Shown here one piece after another: positions 49,681 to 63,763 of a DNA stretch of 64,000 nucleotides. The notes beneath the pieces are model-generated. The model did no database searches. It had not been told where the DNA came from and worked only from the letters and a program-made list of their open reading frames with translations. Location: contig NMRA01000288.1 in assembly GCA_002633005.1 (NCBI GenBank), positions 136,300 through 200,299 of the forward strand, given 5' to 3'. Each line of letters begins with the position of its first letter. Position 1 is the stretch's first letter. The DNA comes from Phoronis australis (lineage: Eukaryota > Animalia > Phoronida). The position numbers and the translations under genes were made by a program.

Positions 49681-51399
49681 TGCGAATGTCTGACGTGCAA
49701 AATCCTGGCTAATACCCTGCCCTGCCCCCCTCCTAACTCAAAATCCTGGATCTGCCCCTGCCTAAATAAAATTCTTGACATGTTCCTGAATCATTTTGTG
49801 CTTCCACAAACAGCAGATTTGGGCCAACTGGGACACTACCGAAACCATGAATTATTGAATTAGTGTGGTACCTTACAAATGGACTGGCAGGATGTCTGCC
49901 CCTTGTTGCATTCATGATTCATATTCTGAACTCCAGTGCCCGGTTGCATGAAACAGTCCCAATGAGGGACTCAACTAAGTTACCTAAGTCTGCTGCGTAT
50001 TTTGGACTTGTGAAAACATCGACTGTCCTTTTTTGTGTTGTTTTAGTTTCGTTTCTAAGTCAACTTTTGACTTTGATGCAAATCGAGAGTAGTCAATATT
50101 GTCGAAAATATTTAGGAATCTTGTCATACAACACCCCCAATTTAAGGACTGAGTCCCTACTCTGGGCTCAGTGTTTAGTTATATTGTTAAAAATGTCATT
50201 AATCAAAGAGGAGCTCATAATAAAGATGAAATGACAGAAAAACATTACATCAGTGAGTCCATAAAGACACAAATACGCAAAAAGATTTAGGGGCCTTAGT
50301 TGAGTCCCTATTTGGGACAGTTTCATGCAACTGGCTCTGGAGTTTTCATATATCACGTGGTCTAATGCTACTACAAACAAATGGATCAACATTGAGTGCA
50401 AGAAAAGTATCATTGCTGAGAAGTTTTTATGTGAAAAAGCAGAGCTCTTATATCACAAGCAGTGCAACAGACACATTTTGGATGTAACAAAAATTGACAG
50501 AGCTCCTAAAAAAGAGCAAGCTGGTGAAGGAAATGATATTGAGCCTACCAAACATCTAAGGAGACTATTACTGTCAGTTACATTTAAGAAATGCATATGT
50601 TTTGCCACCACAATATATCATTTGCCTCAAATCAAAGGCCATGACAGAGAACTTCGCAAACAAAAGAAAACTTTAAAACCTATCCAAGTTCCAAACATTC
50701 ACTTGTAAAAATAATGGGTCTACCTATTCTTAATTCATTTATGGTAAAAATTAAGTTAAGGCCAGAGAAAAAAGAATTATTTTGCTTGATAAATTTTCAG
50801 TATTAGTTGTCCCAATCTCAAAGATACATAAAGTATTTTTTACCTTCATGTGTGTGATCAGTACTGCCTTTTATGAGTTTTCAAGCCTATTTTCTAACCT
50901 TTATATGTAAAACATGAGCTGTGTAAGGAATGTAGGAAATATACAACTTCAAATGTTGCCCGTGTTCTACATGTATAATTCATTATCTTGAAAATTTAAA
51001 TGTTGCTCAGATTTCAGTGTTTCACGTTTTGGAGATTGGTGAATTGGAGAATTTTTAGCGTAGGAAAATGGAAAAATTTTTACTCTTCCAATTATGTGCT
51101 ATCTAAAACAAAAAGTGTCAAAAGAAATTTTAGCTCTACGGTAAACAAGACGCTTTTCAATTTCATACAAAAACTATTGCCAAAATGACCATTCCTCTAT
51201 TTTCAAAGGATGAACTACTAAAGTCGTTAGTTATTTGAAGGCAACTGTACAGTGCAATTAATGCTAGCAATGTTGCTCATTTCTCTTAATGCTTTCTTTT
51301 GCTAAGCACTTGACAAAACAATGTTTCACTTGTTGCCCATACTGTGTGCATAGTGAAGAGCATTTTGGTTATCTGTTTCAGTAGAAAAGGTTACTGTAA

Positions 51400-51940
51400 C
51401 AAGGCTGAAGTGTTTAGATGAAACAGTACTCAGGATGACAAAAATGTTTAATCGGGTAGGGTGCAGGCTTGCAGAGATACTTTGTCGACTTTAAAGACGG
51501 GCTCAACATTTGTGTTTCTTTGTCAACTCATGGAAGACATTGAACTGTTTGTATGGAACATGTACGGCGACTCAACATCAATATTTAACGAAGCACGCTA
51601 CCACATATTCAGGTCAAAATATGTAAATGAATCGTCTCTGCCTACTAATTATGATCATTTGCTGTTACATGCCAAAAAAGCGAACTACCAGTGTACCATT
51701 TACAAACGAGTCCTGCAACAGCATGTCAGTGCACCATCTCTAGTTGGTAACTGGCGACGTTTGGAGCAGGATAGTCTGAAGTTCCACCGGATGACTGCCT
51801 TTAGCCCCAGAAACTGTGAAAAATGTTAATTGCAAGTGTAAAAACAGCGGTTGTTGTACAAAAGTGTAATCTTGTTTGAAGTCGGGCTATTGCCATGTTC
51901 TAAGTTGTGTGACTGTCGAGATGGTGTAAATACAGTGTCT
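51400..51940 (+). mobile_element. Decayed Academ (AcademX-type) transposase C-terminal region with Cys-rich tail
   Basis: IELFVWNMYG...NEARYHIF...ESSLPTNYDHLLLHAKKANYQCTIY...APS..GNW followed by NCKCKNSGCCTK..SCLKSG. This fits the LPPT-x-x-AL-x-x-H-x-x-RANYQ + CXC pattern. Confidence 0.65.
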
Positions 51941-52232
51941 CAAGAAGCAACTTTTGATGACAATAATGATGATATAAATTATGGAGTGGACGAAAAAGCA
52001 AAGTGTGTGCCATGTTGATAAAAAAACTTTTAATGTGTAGCCTAATGGAAAATATTAACAACATTTTATCATGCTCGTGGATGTCAGGACAGCATGGTGT
52101 AGTGTTCCCTGTGACAGTTGACAACGGGCTGCAATGTGGATATTGATAATCAAGTGTGACAATTAGTGAAAGTGATGATAGTGTATCAATTGCATGTGTG
52201 TTGTTCACATGTAGGTTGTGATATGTATAGAT

Positions 52233-52826
52233 TATTACATGACGAAGTCGTTATCCCCCGTTATCTAGAGCCCGAGTGGATTTTGGAGAATTATCGCCCG
52301 AGAGGTGTTAGCTCCGAGGGTGATAATTCTAAAAAAATCCTCGAGGGCTCTAGATAAGGGGGATAACAACTGAGAACATGTAATAATCTATTTAAACCAC
52401 ATACTGAACGAGAAACATTGCAATGAATCGACCTACCTTTCTCGCCTCGCATCGGCTTTATAACTACTTTCTATGTCAGAGGCCCAGGGTCGGAGGTCGT
52501 GACCTTTTAAGAAAAGCCGAGCTGTTTTTGTCAAATAATGCTTTTACTCATAACCAATTGAAAATTTAAACACAAAGAAATAAAGTGAATCTATAAATTA
52601 AGGTTTAGCAACTATTATAGCTTAATACACATTTTATCACACTAAGCTTCGACCGGGAAAATATCGTCTGCTAAAGTAGGTTAACACTAGTAACTGAGTA
52701 TAATGTCAAAGGATCTCGACGACACGATAACCGCATTCAAATTGAAAATCGGTGATTTACAAGTTAGGGAACACGAGAGAAAAAAATCACTGAATTAAAA
52801 TATCGGTTTTATGGAAATTATGCGAT
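52233..52826. mobile_element. Palindrome-headed interspersed repeat, copy 2
   Basis: Highly similar to 6289-6890, same orientation; inverted arms gttatcccccgttatctagagccc / gggctctagataagggggataac. Confidence 0.8.
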
Positions 52827-53260
52827 CTTAACATACCACCCTTTTCTCAAAACGATTATCTTAGCCTTCGACATGTTGACAATCAATTTCCATTTCTGAT
52901 GATACTCATATAAAATATTCATTTTTTTCTGCAGTTCTTTAGCACTATAGAAAAAACAAAACCAAACAATATTCCATGCCTTTATCATTCCTTTTCCAGC
53001 AGCCAGGGCCTAATCTTTTTACTCCAGATAGATCTCAAAATTGTTTTTGTCAGTTTCCATTTCGCTTTTCGGCGAGTCCACGACTCGAAATTTTATCCCT
53101 AATCCTGTGGTCATTAAGTGCAGAGTATGATTAGTTGGTTATTCACCCCAGACGTTACGTACGTGAGTACAGAATAAAAGACACTTATCTGGAGTTCACA
53201 TAAAAGAAGAACAGAAATTGACAAAATATTATTCAGTAAATGCATTGCCCCGGCCCCAAG

Positions 53261-53502
53261 CATGTGCGCACCCAGGAGGGAGGGGGGCTCGGGGGCCTCG
53301 AACGAGTCCCCTATTTGGCGAAGTGGGCAAATAGTTCCGCTAAAGAGAAACAAAAAGTTTACCGAAAAGTTGCGAATGCAAAATTCATAGCCTGAACGTG
53401 GTACCCGTTTTCTTTTTTTAGTCCTACGTTTGTTTTGTTAATGGAAGGTCCACGTTGCCGAAAATTTGAGCACTCCTATGTTTTAGGCTGGGTACGCGCA
53501 TG
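53261..53502. mobile_element. Small TIR element (hAT-like MITE) upstream of paralog D
   Basis: CATGTGCGCACCCAG ... CTGGGTACGCGCATG termini; absent in the B/C upstream regions. A related partial copy lies at ~56150-56372. Confidence 0.65.
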
Positions 53503-54639
53503 CCATGTGTTCCTTGTCTATGGCCTTCAAGGCGGTAAATATGCACCTTGGGGCGGCAGTAGTGTCTTTAACACTGCCAGAAGTCACAAGGATACAGTGC
53601 ACTAGAATTCATCAAAACGCGTCAAGTTTCCAAACAATGGCATGAATTGAAATATTATTGAATATTGAAGCACTTTAAGTTTTCAAACAGTAACAAAAAA
53701 ATGTTACTGAATATTTAACGAATTCAATAATTTCTGATTATACCGTTAATCTCTGTGCCGCACAGTGATGTAGAGAGGGGGCAATAGTCCCCGAGAGCCA
53801 ACAGAAGGAGGCGCAGTCAGACCCTTCGCCAAAAAATAAAAAATGGTCATGATTAAAGTTTACCTTACTTTGTAGGCGAAAACAATCACGCACATCCACC
53901 TCTGCAAAGGTGGGTTTAAGACGAGGGTACTTGGCACAAGCGCTCAGCACACGAAATTTTAAAAATCTACAAAGTGGTTACAGCATTACTCCCTGTACCC
54001 GGTTTAAAATCTTCAAAAGGCTCACAGATTAATGTGTGTGGCGGAAGTAAAAAGTGCCCTGTTAGGAAGTAGCAGACGTGGAAATATCCGTGACAGATGA
54101 AATCGCCATTGATATCAACCATGCGAGCAAAACAGCTACAATTCTGAAAAATAGAGTTGTCAAATCTTTCAGCTTTAATCTGCATTGGATTATTGCTCGT
54201 TAATTTAGCTCGAACAATCCATAGTAACAAAGAGTTCTTTGTAACATTCATCGTTATACGTTGAGTATTATTTCGTGGACTGGCTTAAATAATGTGTTAC
54301 TCGACCGGTGCATACATTTGTATCTTTTGCAAAGAGTGAAGCGGAATAAATCCCACGATAATAATTAGTTGTGGTACTTCAAGTAAAGCTGCGTGTGTAC
54401 ACGTACATGTAGTTCATCAGAAAGTGCCAAAACAGCATTGGCGTCAATCCTCTTTGCTTGGACAAACAAACAGAGCGATTCACACTCAACGAAAATGAGT
54501 TACAAAAATCGTTTTTTGTGTCACTGAGGAGACATTGGATATCGCGTTTACTGGAACGTGGTGACCATTGGGATTTTTACGAGATATCATCTACTGTTTT
54601 GCATTGCGTCTGATGAAGCGCAAAACTTTTTAAGACAAA

Positions 54640-57600
54640 ATGAAGTTGCTGTTAACCTACGTATTCGTTCTTATGGAAATTCCGTCTTCCCGTGAACGTG
54701 AGTATGGGTCATAACTTATTTGAATTTAAGTGAGTTGTATGTGCAAGACCTGGAAAATTTCAGAGGACGCTGAACATTGTTTTGAGTAATTCACATATAT
54801 TTTTACAAACATTAATTTACACAATTCTCAGATATACATGTAAAACAGGCATGAATAGCTTGTTATTTGGTCAAAGGAAAAGAGATTTCTGTGTTTGGAA
54901 ATAAGTGGCATGTCGATAACCGTTGACACTATATGCATTAACGGCACACGGTGACAAGTCACTTTACTTAGCCTGGACTCAGTTCTGTAGAACGCACTTG
55001 CAGTTAAAAAGAACGCAAAAAGTAAATTCAATCCACTATTTAGATCACTCCAACCTCACCAAGTAATCTTTTCAAGAGCCAAAGTTTTTATAGGATAGGG
55101 CTGGTAAGCTCCCCACCATACTCGCGAATTATTCGTTTTCACTCGCGTACTTTGTTGGCGAGGGCTTGTGACAGCGTGCTTTTCTCCCAAGAAACTCGAG
55201 ACATGGAACGCTCTCCAAGTGTCAAGCAACAACGCTCTTTATTCAAACGCACAAATCACTTTGATTTTAAGAAATAAACGATCATGTACTAGTATCAAAA
55301 AATACATTTCTTTCCATAGGTAACGGATTTGCGATCTTTGTTTGAATTGAAATTAGTTACAATAAACTCTCAGGAATTTCTCCGACAGCAGTACTGTTTC
55401 AGAGGATGAACTAATTCTCCGTGAAACGGGAACTTCAAAGGATACTAAAAACTATTCTGGCGTATTAAAAGGTATTACATGTACCAATGACTTTCCCGTG
55501 CAGCACTCTAAAACAACTAAAACTCCTTACAAAGTCTGCTAAACTGGAAAGAATGTTTACGCTTTAAGCTAGTTACATCCATTCTGTGACATAGTGAGCA
55601 TTTGTTTTAAGATGCATCTCATCAGAAATCACTTCTCATCTGAGAACACCTAGCACTGTGGGGTCTCTTAGGGCTTAAAGGTCTACTATGAGCCAAAAAT
55701 GACTATGGCTATCCGTGACGTAACAGGTCACGTGACCACAAAGGTGAAGACGTAAAATCCTGTTGTCACTATGAAAAATGGCGGACAGTAGTGGAAGCCG
55801 CCATTACGATTGCATAGCTAACAAAAACACTAAATATACTTCCAAGTTCCTCAAGCAGGGATTGAGCTGGCAAGCCGAGCAGGGGTGGTAAAAAGAACTC
55901 ATCCTTTATGGCAATGTACCCGTAGAAGGTCTCAAAGCAATGCATCGACCTTTTCGTCGTAGTCTGGCCCTAAATTCAAGCATGACTTTTGTACAACTGT
56001 AACCATTAGTAACCTTCCTAAGCAGACTGAAAAATGGCGGTCAGATAGCTGAAAATGCTTGCTTCGATCTTTTTCTTTAGAATGTTCAGTCATAAGAAGT
56101 TATGGTCGGCAGTCACCGAAAAAATCGTATACATTGGTTTGCGTTATGAGCCCCCCATTTGGCGAAGTGGGCAAAAAAGTCAGCCCCCGAGAGACAAAAA
56201 GCCCGAGAAAATGGGAGAAAAGTCCATTAAAGAAGCGCAAACGCGCAATTCACAGTGGTGCACCCGTTTTTTTTTCTTTTTGTTTAGTCCGCCCACTGTT
56301 TTTTTTTTCGCAAAAGGCCCACATCGCCGGGAATTCGAGACCCCCCCATATTGAAGGCTGGGTGCGCACATGTGTTGAATAGTGTTTGTAATGCTAGATG
56401 TTGTAAAGTATTGTACATTTTAAGTTACTTATTATGTTAAAATTTTGCCTCATTTTGGGTTAATGAATAAAAAATGATAACTTTTTGTATTGGACTTGTC
56501 ATACTTATGTGCTCGAACGAGCCCTCTTTGGAGAGATGGAAAAAGGTCTGCCTCAGTCAGAGAAGCACGACTTCCGAAAAAAGTTGAAAATGGGACGATA
56601 TATTCCACTAGAAGATAGGAAGTACCAAAATTTAGCGTCTGCAATTCATAACTCTGAACATACCCAGTGAATCTTATAGTAAAAGATAGACATTCCCAAA
56701 AATTCCAGCCCCCCCATTTTTTAAGATTGGTGCGTTCATACAAAGTCTGAGAAAATCTCTGTTGAAAGCCAAGAACTTTGCACAGTTCGCCAGAAGTACC
56801 CAAGTTCTAAATAAACCCCGTTTGAGCGAGAGCTGTGGCCAGCGACCAGGTAGGCCTAAGGGTAGCCTTGGCCCAAAGCTGTATGGGTCTACTAACAAGC
56901 TAGCTGTATTTTGACGGTAGTCTTCATACTGGTGAGCTGGCACTGAGGCTAGCTAAGGGCTGTCGCGGCAGTGTGACACAGGATTAACCAGCCCGTAATT
57001 TTATGCAGGTGTCTGAAACTACCTATGAATATATACGGCATTTATGATTTGAACATTTTACTTCGACAAAACAGCTTGCAACCGCATGCCTTTACCGTTC
57101 GCCTGCGTCTTGTCTCGATCCGCACTGGGTCCAATAGCCTGCGGTCCCGAGGCCGGCAAAATAATTTCTGTCAAAATTTATTCGCCAAATTTCTTCAGCA
57201 AATTCGATAAAATTGTCCGTATTTTGATTTCATTAGAATTAAGGCGCGCTGTCCACTATTTTATCCCCGTTTGCAGGCTGGTAACAGGCACTCACACTGA
57301 CGGCGTTTTCTTAGCCTGGGTTCCTGAATGAATTGTACTTCCGGGTTCGCGGCAAGTTCAAAATGGCGGTGGTTCTTCGGGTGCGAATCGTGAGTGGCGC
57401 GTTCATTTTTTTTCTAGTACGGATCGTGTATTAATTACGGGTAGGTACTTCTTATATCCTTATAACCTCCTCTAACCATGTAATAAGGGTTAACAACGTG
57501 TGAGAGCAGGACTTTAACATTTAATCCATTCAAATGTAGCAAATAAGAAGTACATCATTCATTTGCATATCAGTCATTCTTCGAAAACTACATGTTAAAA

Positions 57601-60600
57601 ATAGGGGTACGAACAAGACACAAATGCTCATAGTTCACTCAAAACAAAAGTATTTGTAATAAACACTTTTTAACCCATCAGTTTAAGGGAGGAAACTGTC
57701 TGTAATCAATGTTGTTTAGTTGCCAAGTAACACTTTAGTTTCTTGATATTTGTTAACACCAATGTACGTACAGTACAGTGTACACTACAAAAAGGAGTAC
57801 GTACACTACATCACTGTTTCTGCACCACATTGTAACATTGATAATAATAAGCACCGTGTCGTTATGTAATAGGCAATACTTTCTTTGCAATTACCATTTG
57901 TGTAAATCAATTTTACTTGATGAACCTACAGCCTTTTTGGCCCATTTTCAACATACCAGAACCTCATTAATATCCTAACTTTTGGTTTGTTTAGATATTG
58001 AATTTTGCTGCGTTGCCTAAGGTAACATAATTTGTAGTTCTTTTTATTGCAGAGTGTTAACTTTACATTTTAACCTTCATTACCGTAGATGAGGTTTAGA
58101 AACACACAAATTACACATTTCTTGAGAAGTTCCTGTTTTAGGACAAACCTTACCATTTCTCAATCATTAAGCACAACTTCATCTACATGTAAGCTATTCT
58201 GAAAGTTAATCGTGTTATTCCTAATCATACCAAAACCTCTGCTTACTTAAGTAAAACATTTTTTCTTCAACTGTTGACACTTGAAGATTGCCAATGGGAA
58301 TATTTAAAATGGTTACTCGTAATGCTAAAAATGCATGAAATTCAGAGACAAAAGATGCATAACTTTCTCAAACACTGTCCGACTTTGATCATTCTCTGTC
58401 ATTTTGCACAACTGCATAACCCTTTGCATATGAGATCCTGTTGGCAATTGGTAAGTGACCAGAAAATTCTATTTTAGCCCGTAACACAGTCGACTCTCGA
58501 ATATGGACCTTGATTCTGATTTACTCGAGTGGTAGCGGCGGTGGCAGAAGTATTGTAATATCAGTAGTAGCAGTACGTTATCAGTATCGCTCGAAGTATC
58601 GGTAACAGTAGCAGTATCAAGTGGCAGTAGCAGTGCATGGCAGCAGCAGAATCAGCCATTAACATGGAGTACTAGCTAGTAGTGGTCATCACTATTATTA
58701 TTATTGTCCTCATTGGTGTTATTATAATTATTTTTACTGGCATTATTACCTATTTTAAAGCCACGCAGCCACACGTCTGACAATGTTGTAGCATCCGTCA
58801 AACAATTCTTTAGCCTCGTTTTCGCAACATTGGAGTTTCTAGTGTTATTTGTTGGTGCCTTGTTTTTAATTTTTTCTTGACTCCGTCTGTGTAAAGATTA
58901 CAATCTGGGACTGTCCTAGTCACACAAGATAAACGTAATTCTTTGAAAACGAAAAACGTAGACGTGTATAATTTCTACAGTTCCAGATAACAAAGGGACA
59001 GAGTTCATGATAGGTTTTGGGGAAAATACGCCTGCAGAAAAGGACCTAGAGCTGTTTATAGCTACGCCGTACACAGAGGGGCCTGTCAGTGTGACCGTGA
59101 GCGTACCGCTAAATCCAGCAATACCTGTCCAGCAGGTAAGAAACATTTTAAGGGATATTTTTCTGTTATTTTATGTGTTTTTTTTCGCTTAAATCTGATA
59201 AAACCATGTAAAAAATCAACTTACATAGGTGTGTTTTCACTTCCTAAGCAAAGTATCATGTTACATGGCTATTGATTATCACAGGAAAGAAACATGCACT
59301 CATTCCTATTTGCTAATGTTCAAACATGTATTACAAAATCCGTTTGGTTTCAACTCACGGCGACAGAGGTTTTCAAATGGAGGAAAACATATGTATCAAT
59401 CTAGTCTATTATTAAACGTTCCTGGGGTCTTTTTTCCAGCAAAAAAGACTCGCAAACCAATTATTTACCGCGGTTCAAAATAAATTCAATTTTAGAAATC
59501 GACCAGTTCAGAAAATAACCAATTTTATTCTATGATGTTTCTGTTTATTTTATCCAGTGTTTTTGCCGTGAGTTATTCAATAATGCGGCAATCAATCTGT
59601 TCCATGCTCCAAACAAAAAGAACTCGGATACATAAGCGTAATGAGCAGGTGTACAGGGGGAACGCCGGCTGCTTCTGCTGTGCGTGAACTTGGAATTTTG
59701 CTTAATCTCAAGATCGTATCTGTGAACTTGGAATCTTGCTTAATCTCAAGATAGCGTTAACTTTAAATTACGTGTAAATAAAATAGCGATCTTTTTCTCC
59801 AAACAATAATTGATATAACCATTTACATATTTCTCCGATTCTTTGGGTCAAGTTACGCTAAAGGAGTTAGTGAATTTCTCCTGATTGCCGACATGAATAT
59901 TAAAATCCAAGTTCAGGCACTCATTTTCCCCTTTAGCTCATGACAATGATTGGAGCTCTGCATATCAATGCATGTAAGTGAACTTTTGTCAGAATTTAGA
60001 TGTTCTCTGGTTCGGATTTTCAAATGGCAAACAGTTTCACCTGTATAACTGGAGCCACATCCAGCACAGACTATCCTGGACGGAAACCGCATAGGAATGT
60101 TGTCCTTATGGTTAAATAAATTGACAGTTATAGAGACTTGAATGTACATGTAATTGTTAATACCACTCTTAAGATATCACAGTAATAATCCACCGATTAC
60201 GGTACTAAACGCAAGACTGCAAGACCCTGATGATATTCATCCTGTAGACAAAACTAAATACAAGTACTTTAAAATATCCTAAGTGGGTCTTTACGCCAAG
60301 ATTGCTCAAGGGCATTTTCGAAAATTTACTGTGGGCGATCGTTTCAAAATTGTTATGCATATGTAAGTTCTGCCAATACTAAGCTATGGATGAAATGAAA
60401 TGACGAAGTCCAATTCTAGCACACTTTATTGCCATACTTAAAACAACGGTAAATCAAGAAAGAAGAACAAAGAAGTCATTGAAAACTTCTTACTTGCATA
60501 AAATATAATTATTTGTAATAACCAACTGCTTTTTAAGGCTAATTATCCAATATAACATCAGGTAGGGCCTAAAGTGAATTACATTTACCCGATTCTTGAG

Positions 60601-63600
60601 TTCCATTCATGTCAAGTTTCTCATAATAAACGGGAAAATGACAGTTTTATATAACTTTTTAAAAACCGATCCTTCATAAAAAATGCATAATAACAGCCTA
60701 CATGTATAAGATGGTCCAATACAACATGCAAACTATTGTAGAACTGCATCCGCCAACATTTTGAGGATTTGGAGGCTCTGCCATGAAGCCTGTCTTAACG
60801 GTGTTACCTAGGTGACTGTTTCCATGGGAACAATACAAAGGATATCTTTGCCGAACTCTCTACGGATGACTGGTTCAGGAACTTACACCGGGGCTCAGAA
60901 CGTTGGTATCCTCATCAACTCCACGCAGGAGATAGTAGTTTACGGATCGAACAAGGAGAAAGCAAGCTGCGACGCGTTTTTGGCCCTTCCTACTGACGTA
61001 TTGGGCAAAGATTATTACGTGCCGTCTTGGCCAAGAACGGAAATAAATTACCCACATGCGTCGCAACTGGGTAAGAGATTAGCCGATGGGTTAAAGTGGT
61101 CATAAACTCGTTTTCCGTCACACAATCAGCTTTTGACTTATCTCACTTGCTGTTATGAAATCGGTTTCGGTCTTTTCGCTTGTAAAGTTAGATTTCCCAG
61201 CTTCGAAAGAACTGTCGGTTTTTATTGCCTCTACAACTTGGCTTAATTGCCACGGTGTGTGCACACGTACTCTTATCAGCTGCTCGACGTCATGCTTAAT
61301 ACCGAGAAAATTTTACAACTCTCGTCCAATATGGTCGCTCACCATGCACTTCCGGAAAGACTCAAAGTATGTCAATTCCAGAGTATTTTGATTCAAACAT
61401 TTTATCTAAGACTGCAACACGTTCACTAGTTACATTTGTTGACAGACACCATTAAATGCCATTAGCTTTTCCAGTTTTTTCATAATTCAGTTGCTATAAC
61501 GTTCACTGCAAAATGTCTCGGTCGTTATTCTCCATTCACGTCAACGAATGCGCATTCTCGTCAGGTCACTCACAACACTACTAGAACGCTTACATCAATT
61601 AATTCAAAACATCAGCAGCAGAGATAAAGTACTCCAGGAGCGCCTGATTGGATACAAGCAAAATAGGTCAACCTTTCCAGGGGCCTTCGAATATACTTCC
61701 GTTTCTCCTAATAATCATGTACAACCACAGAAGCACAGTTATGTGATTTAATCAATTGAATGATGGTCTCAAAATGAATAGAATTACAGGTCCGAGTCAA
61801 TCATGTCTGGTATTTCATCACGTTAGATCGAACTGGAGTCATCTCGTCACGATTGCGAATTACGGTCACGAGCCTCTCCACTGTACATTTTGGTTGATGT
61901 AAACGTACACTGACCTAAAGAGGATGCACAACGGTTGACGTGAATGAGGATCCGGCCGAGGCGCTTTGCCTTGAATGTTGCACATTCAATTTAAAATAAG
62001 CAGGCGAACTTATGGTATTTATTGGTGTCGATATCAACAAATGTGACCAGTGAACGTGTTGCAGTCACTGACAAAATGTGTGACTTAATTTTTCCCACAT
62101 TGGCATGCTTTGAGACCTTCCAGAAGTGCCTGTTGGGCGACCATATTGAATAGCAGTTGTATACCAATCTCTATTGTAGTATCATGTTAGGCGGCTGATA
62201 ATAGAGACTGTTGTGTGTCGTCACCTAGCTTGCACTGAACACGTTTTTACAAAATAACGAACCGTCGGTTCTTTGCTAGTTTAGAAACCTCCTCTTCTCT
62301 GATCAAGAAACAAGTTGAGTCAAATTTTATTGCGTTAAGCGCAGAACGCGGGTTTTTAGCCGACTTCATATTACACTAAACCCTGTTTTGTCGTTTAGAA
62401 GGATTGTAATTAAGGTGATGAGATGGAGGAAGCGATGGAGGAGTGGGAGATGAGGAGGTGATGCAGAAGACGGACGAAGGGGAAGTTGTTTAAGAAGATG
62501 ACGATTTTGACGATGATGACAATGACGAAAACGCCTTTTTACAAATAATATTTTGCTTTCGTTTAAGGTGTGATTGGAGTACAAGACAAGACGACTGTCA
62601 ATTTCACTCTCCCAATGCACACTAGCAATATTACCCTGGCTACGGGAAGAAGCGGCAACGACTATACTTACACTACGTTCAGTGCCGGTTCAGGTTTGAG
62701 CGTGGAACTTAACAGAGGACAAACTTACCAGGTGTGTTCACGTTAACATATTTACACGAGCATTTTATGTCAGACATTGCAACAGTTGTTCTGTTTTCCT
62801 TTTTTGTCATCGAAAGCAGTTCAATTTTTACTTGAATGGATTTCATTGTGTTAACGTGAAGAGTGACACAAGATCTAGGTATGAGCGTCTCCATTAAAAA
62901 TTACTTAAATGTATTTCTTCAGGATTACAGGAAAAGGTTTGAATTCTCGTATCATTAACAAAAGTCAATAAAAATTTCCATTTGTATGCCTATTCTTCTT
63001 TTACTTGTAGCTCCAGTCCAACGATGATTTAACCTCCACTCGTATCCAGTCAGACAAAGCAGTCGCTGTCACGTCAGGCAGCAAGCGTACAACTATTGCT
63101 ATGGTAACACGTTCTTCTGATCACATAGAGGAAATGATTCCGCCGACGTTTTCGTGGGGAAAATACTTCATAACAGCACCATTTGCCAGAAGAACTGGAG
63201 GTGATATCTTTCGAATATTAGGTAAGACCATACTACATGACAAGTGGAACAGATCCGGCCCTCTACTATTATACTACAGGATCTTTTCAAATCTTCATGA
63301 ATTACTTTCTGTGACATATTCACAATTAGAGCCGGTGGCTTCTTTAAATACATAGGCCTAACATATTTCTTCTGAGCCTCAAAAAGTAAATATTAACTCC
63401 AATTAATCTTACGTCAAGTCATTATTTTTAAGTTTATTTGACTGAAAGTTCTGTCTTTGGATTATCTGTCTACGAAGTCGTAGCCGTTTGAGTCCGTTTG
63501 TATGAAACGTTTTTTTCTTTCACTTAAAAAGACTTAGAATTTAGATTTTGCACAAAGTTTGTGGGTGGTCATCCTGTGCCATCAACTTGCAATTACAGTT

Positions 63601-63763
63601 TCTGTCGACAACACTGAAGTTCAGCTTTGGTCAACACTTCACAAAACCAACGCAACAGAAAAACTCAGACTGGGAAAGTTTAAACAACTAGATGTGCCCT
63701 CCACTGACTTTTACTACATATCAGCCTCGGATCCAATATTGGTCGTTCAATACTCCAAAACAG
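54640..63763 (+). CDS. Paralog D: IgGFc-binding-protein N-terminal-like domain protein, coding exons 1-6 (terminal exon beyond the window)
   Basis: Exons 54640-54697, 58981-59135, 60812-61070, 62568-62731, 63011-63221, 63599-63763; same lengths and phases as B/C, open frame. Signal peptide MKLLLTYVFVLMEIPSSRE. Confidence 0.88.
59913..60150 (-). mobile_element. Penelope-like retroelement GIY-YIG endonuclease fragment in intron 2 of paralog D
   Basis: IVCAGCGSSYTGETVCHLKIRTREH matches C-x-x-C-x-x-x-YIGET-x-R-x-L-x-x-R-x-x-EH. Confidence 0.75.
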
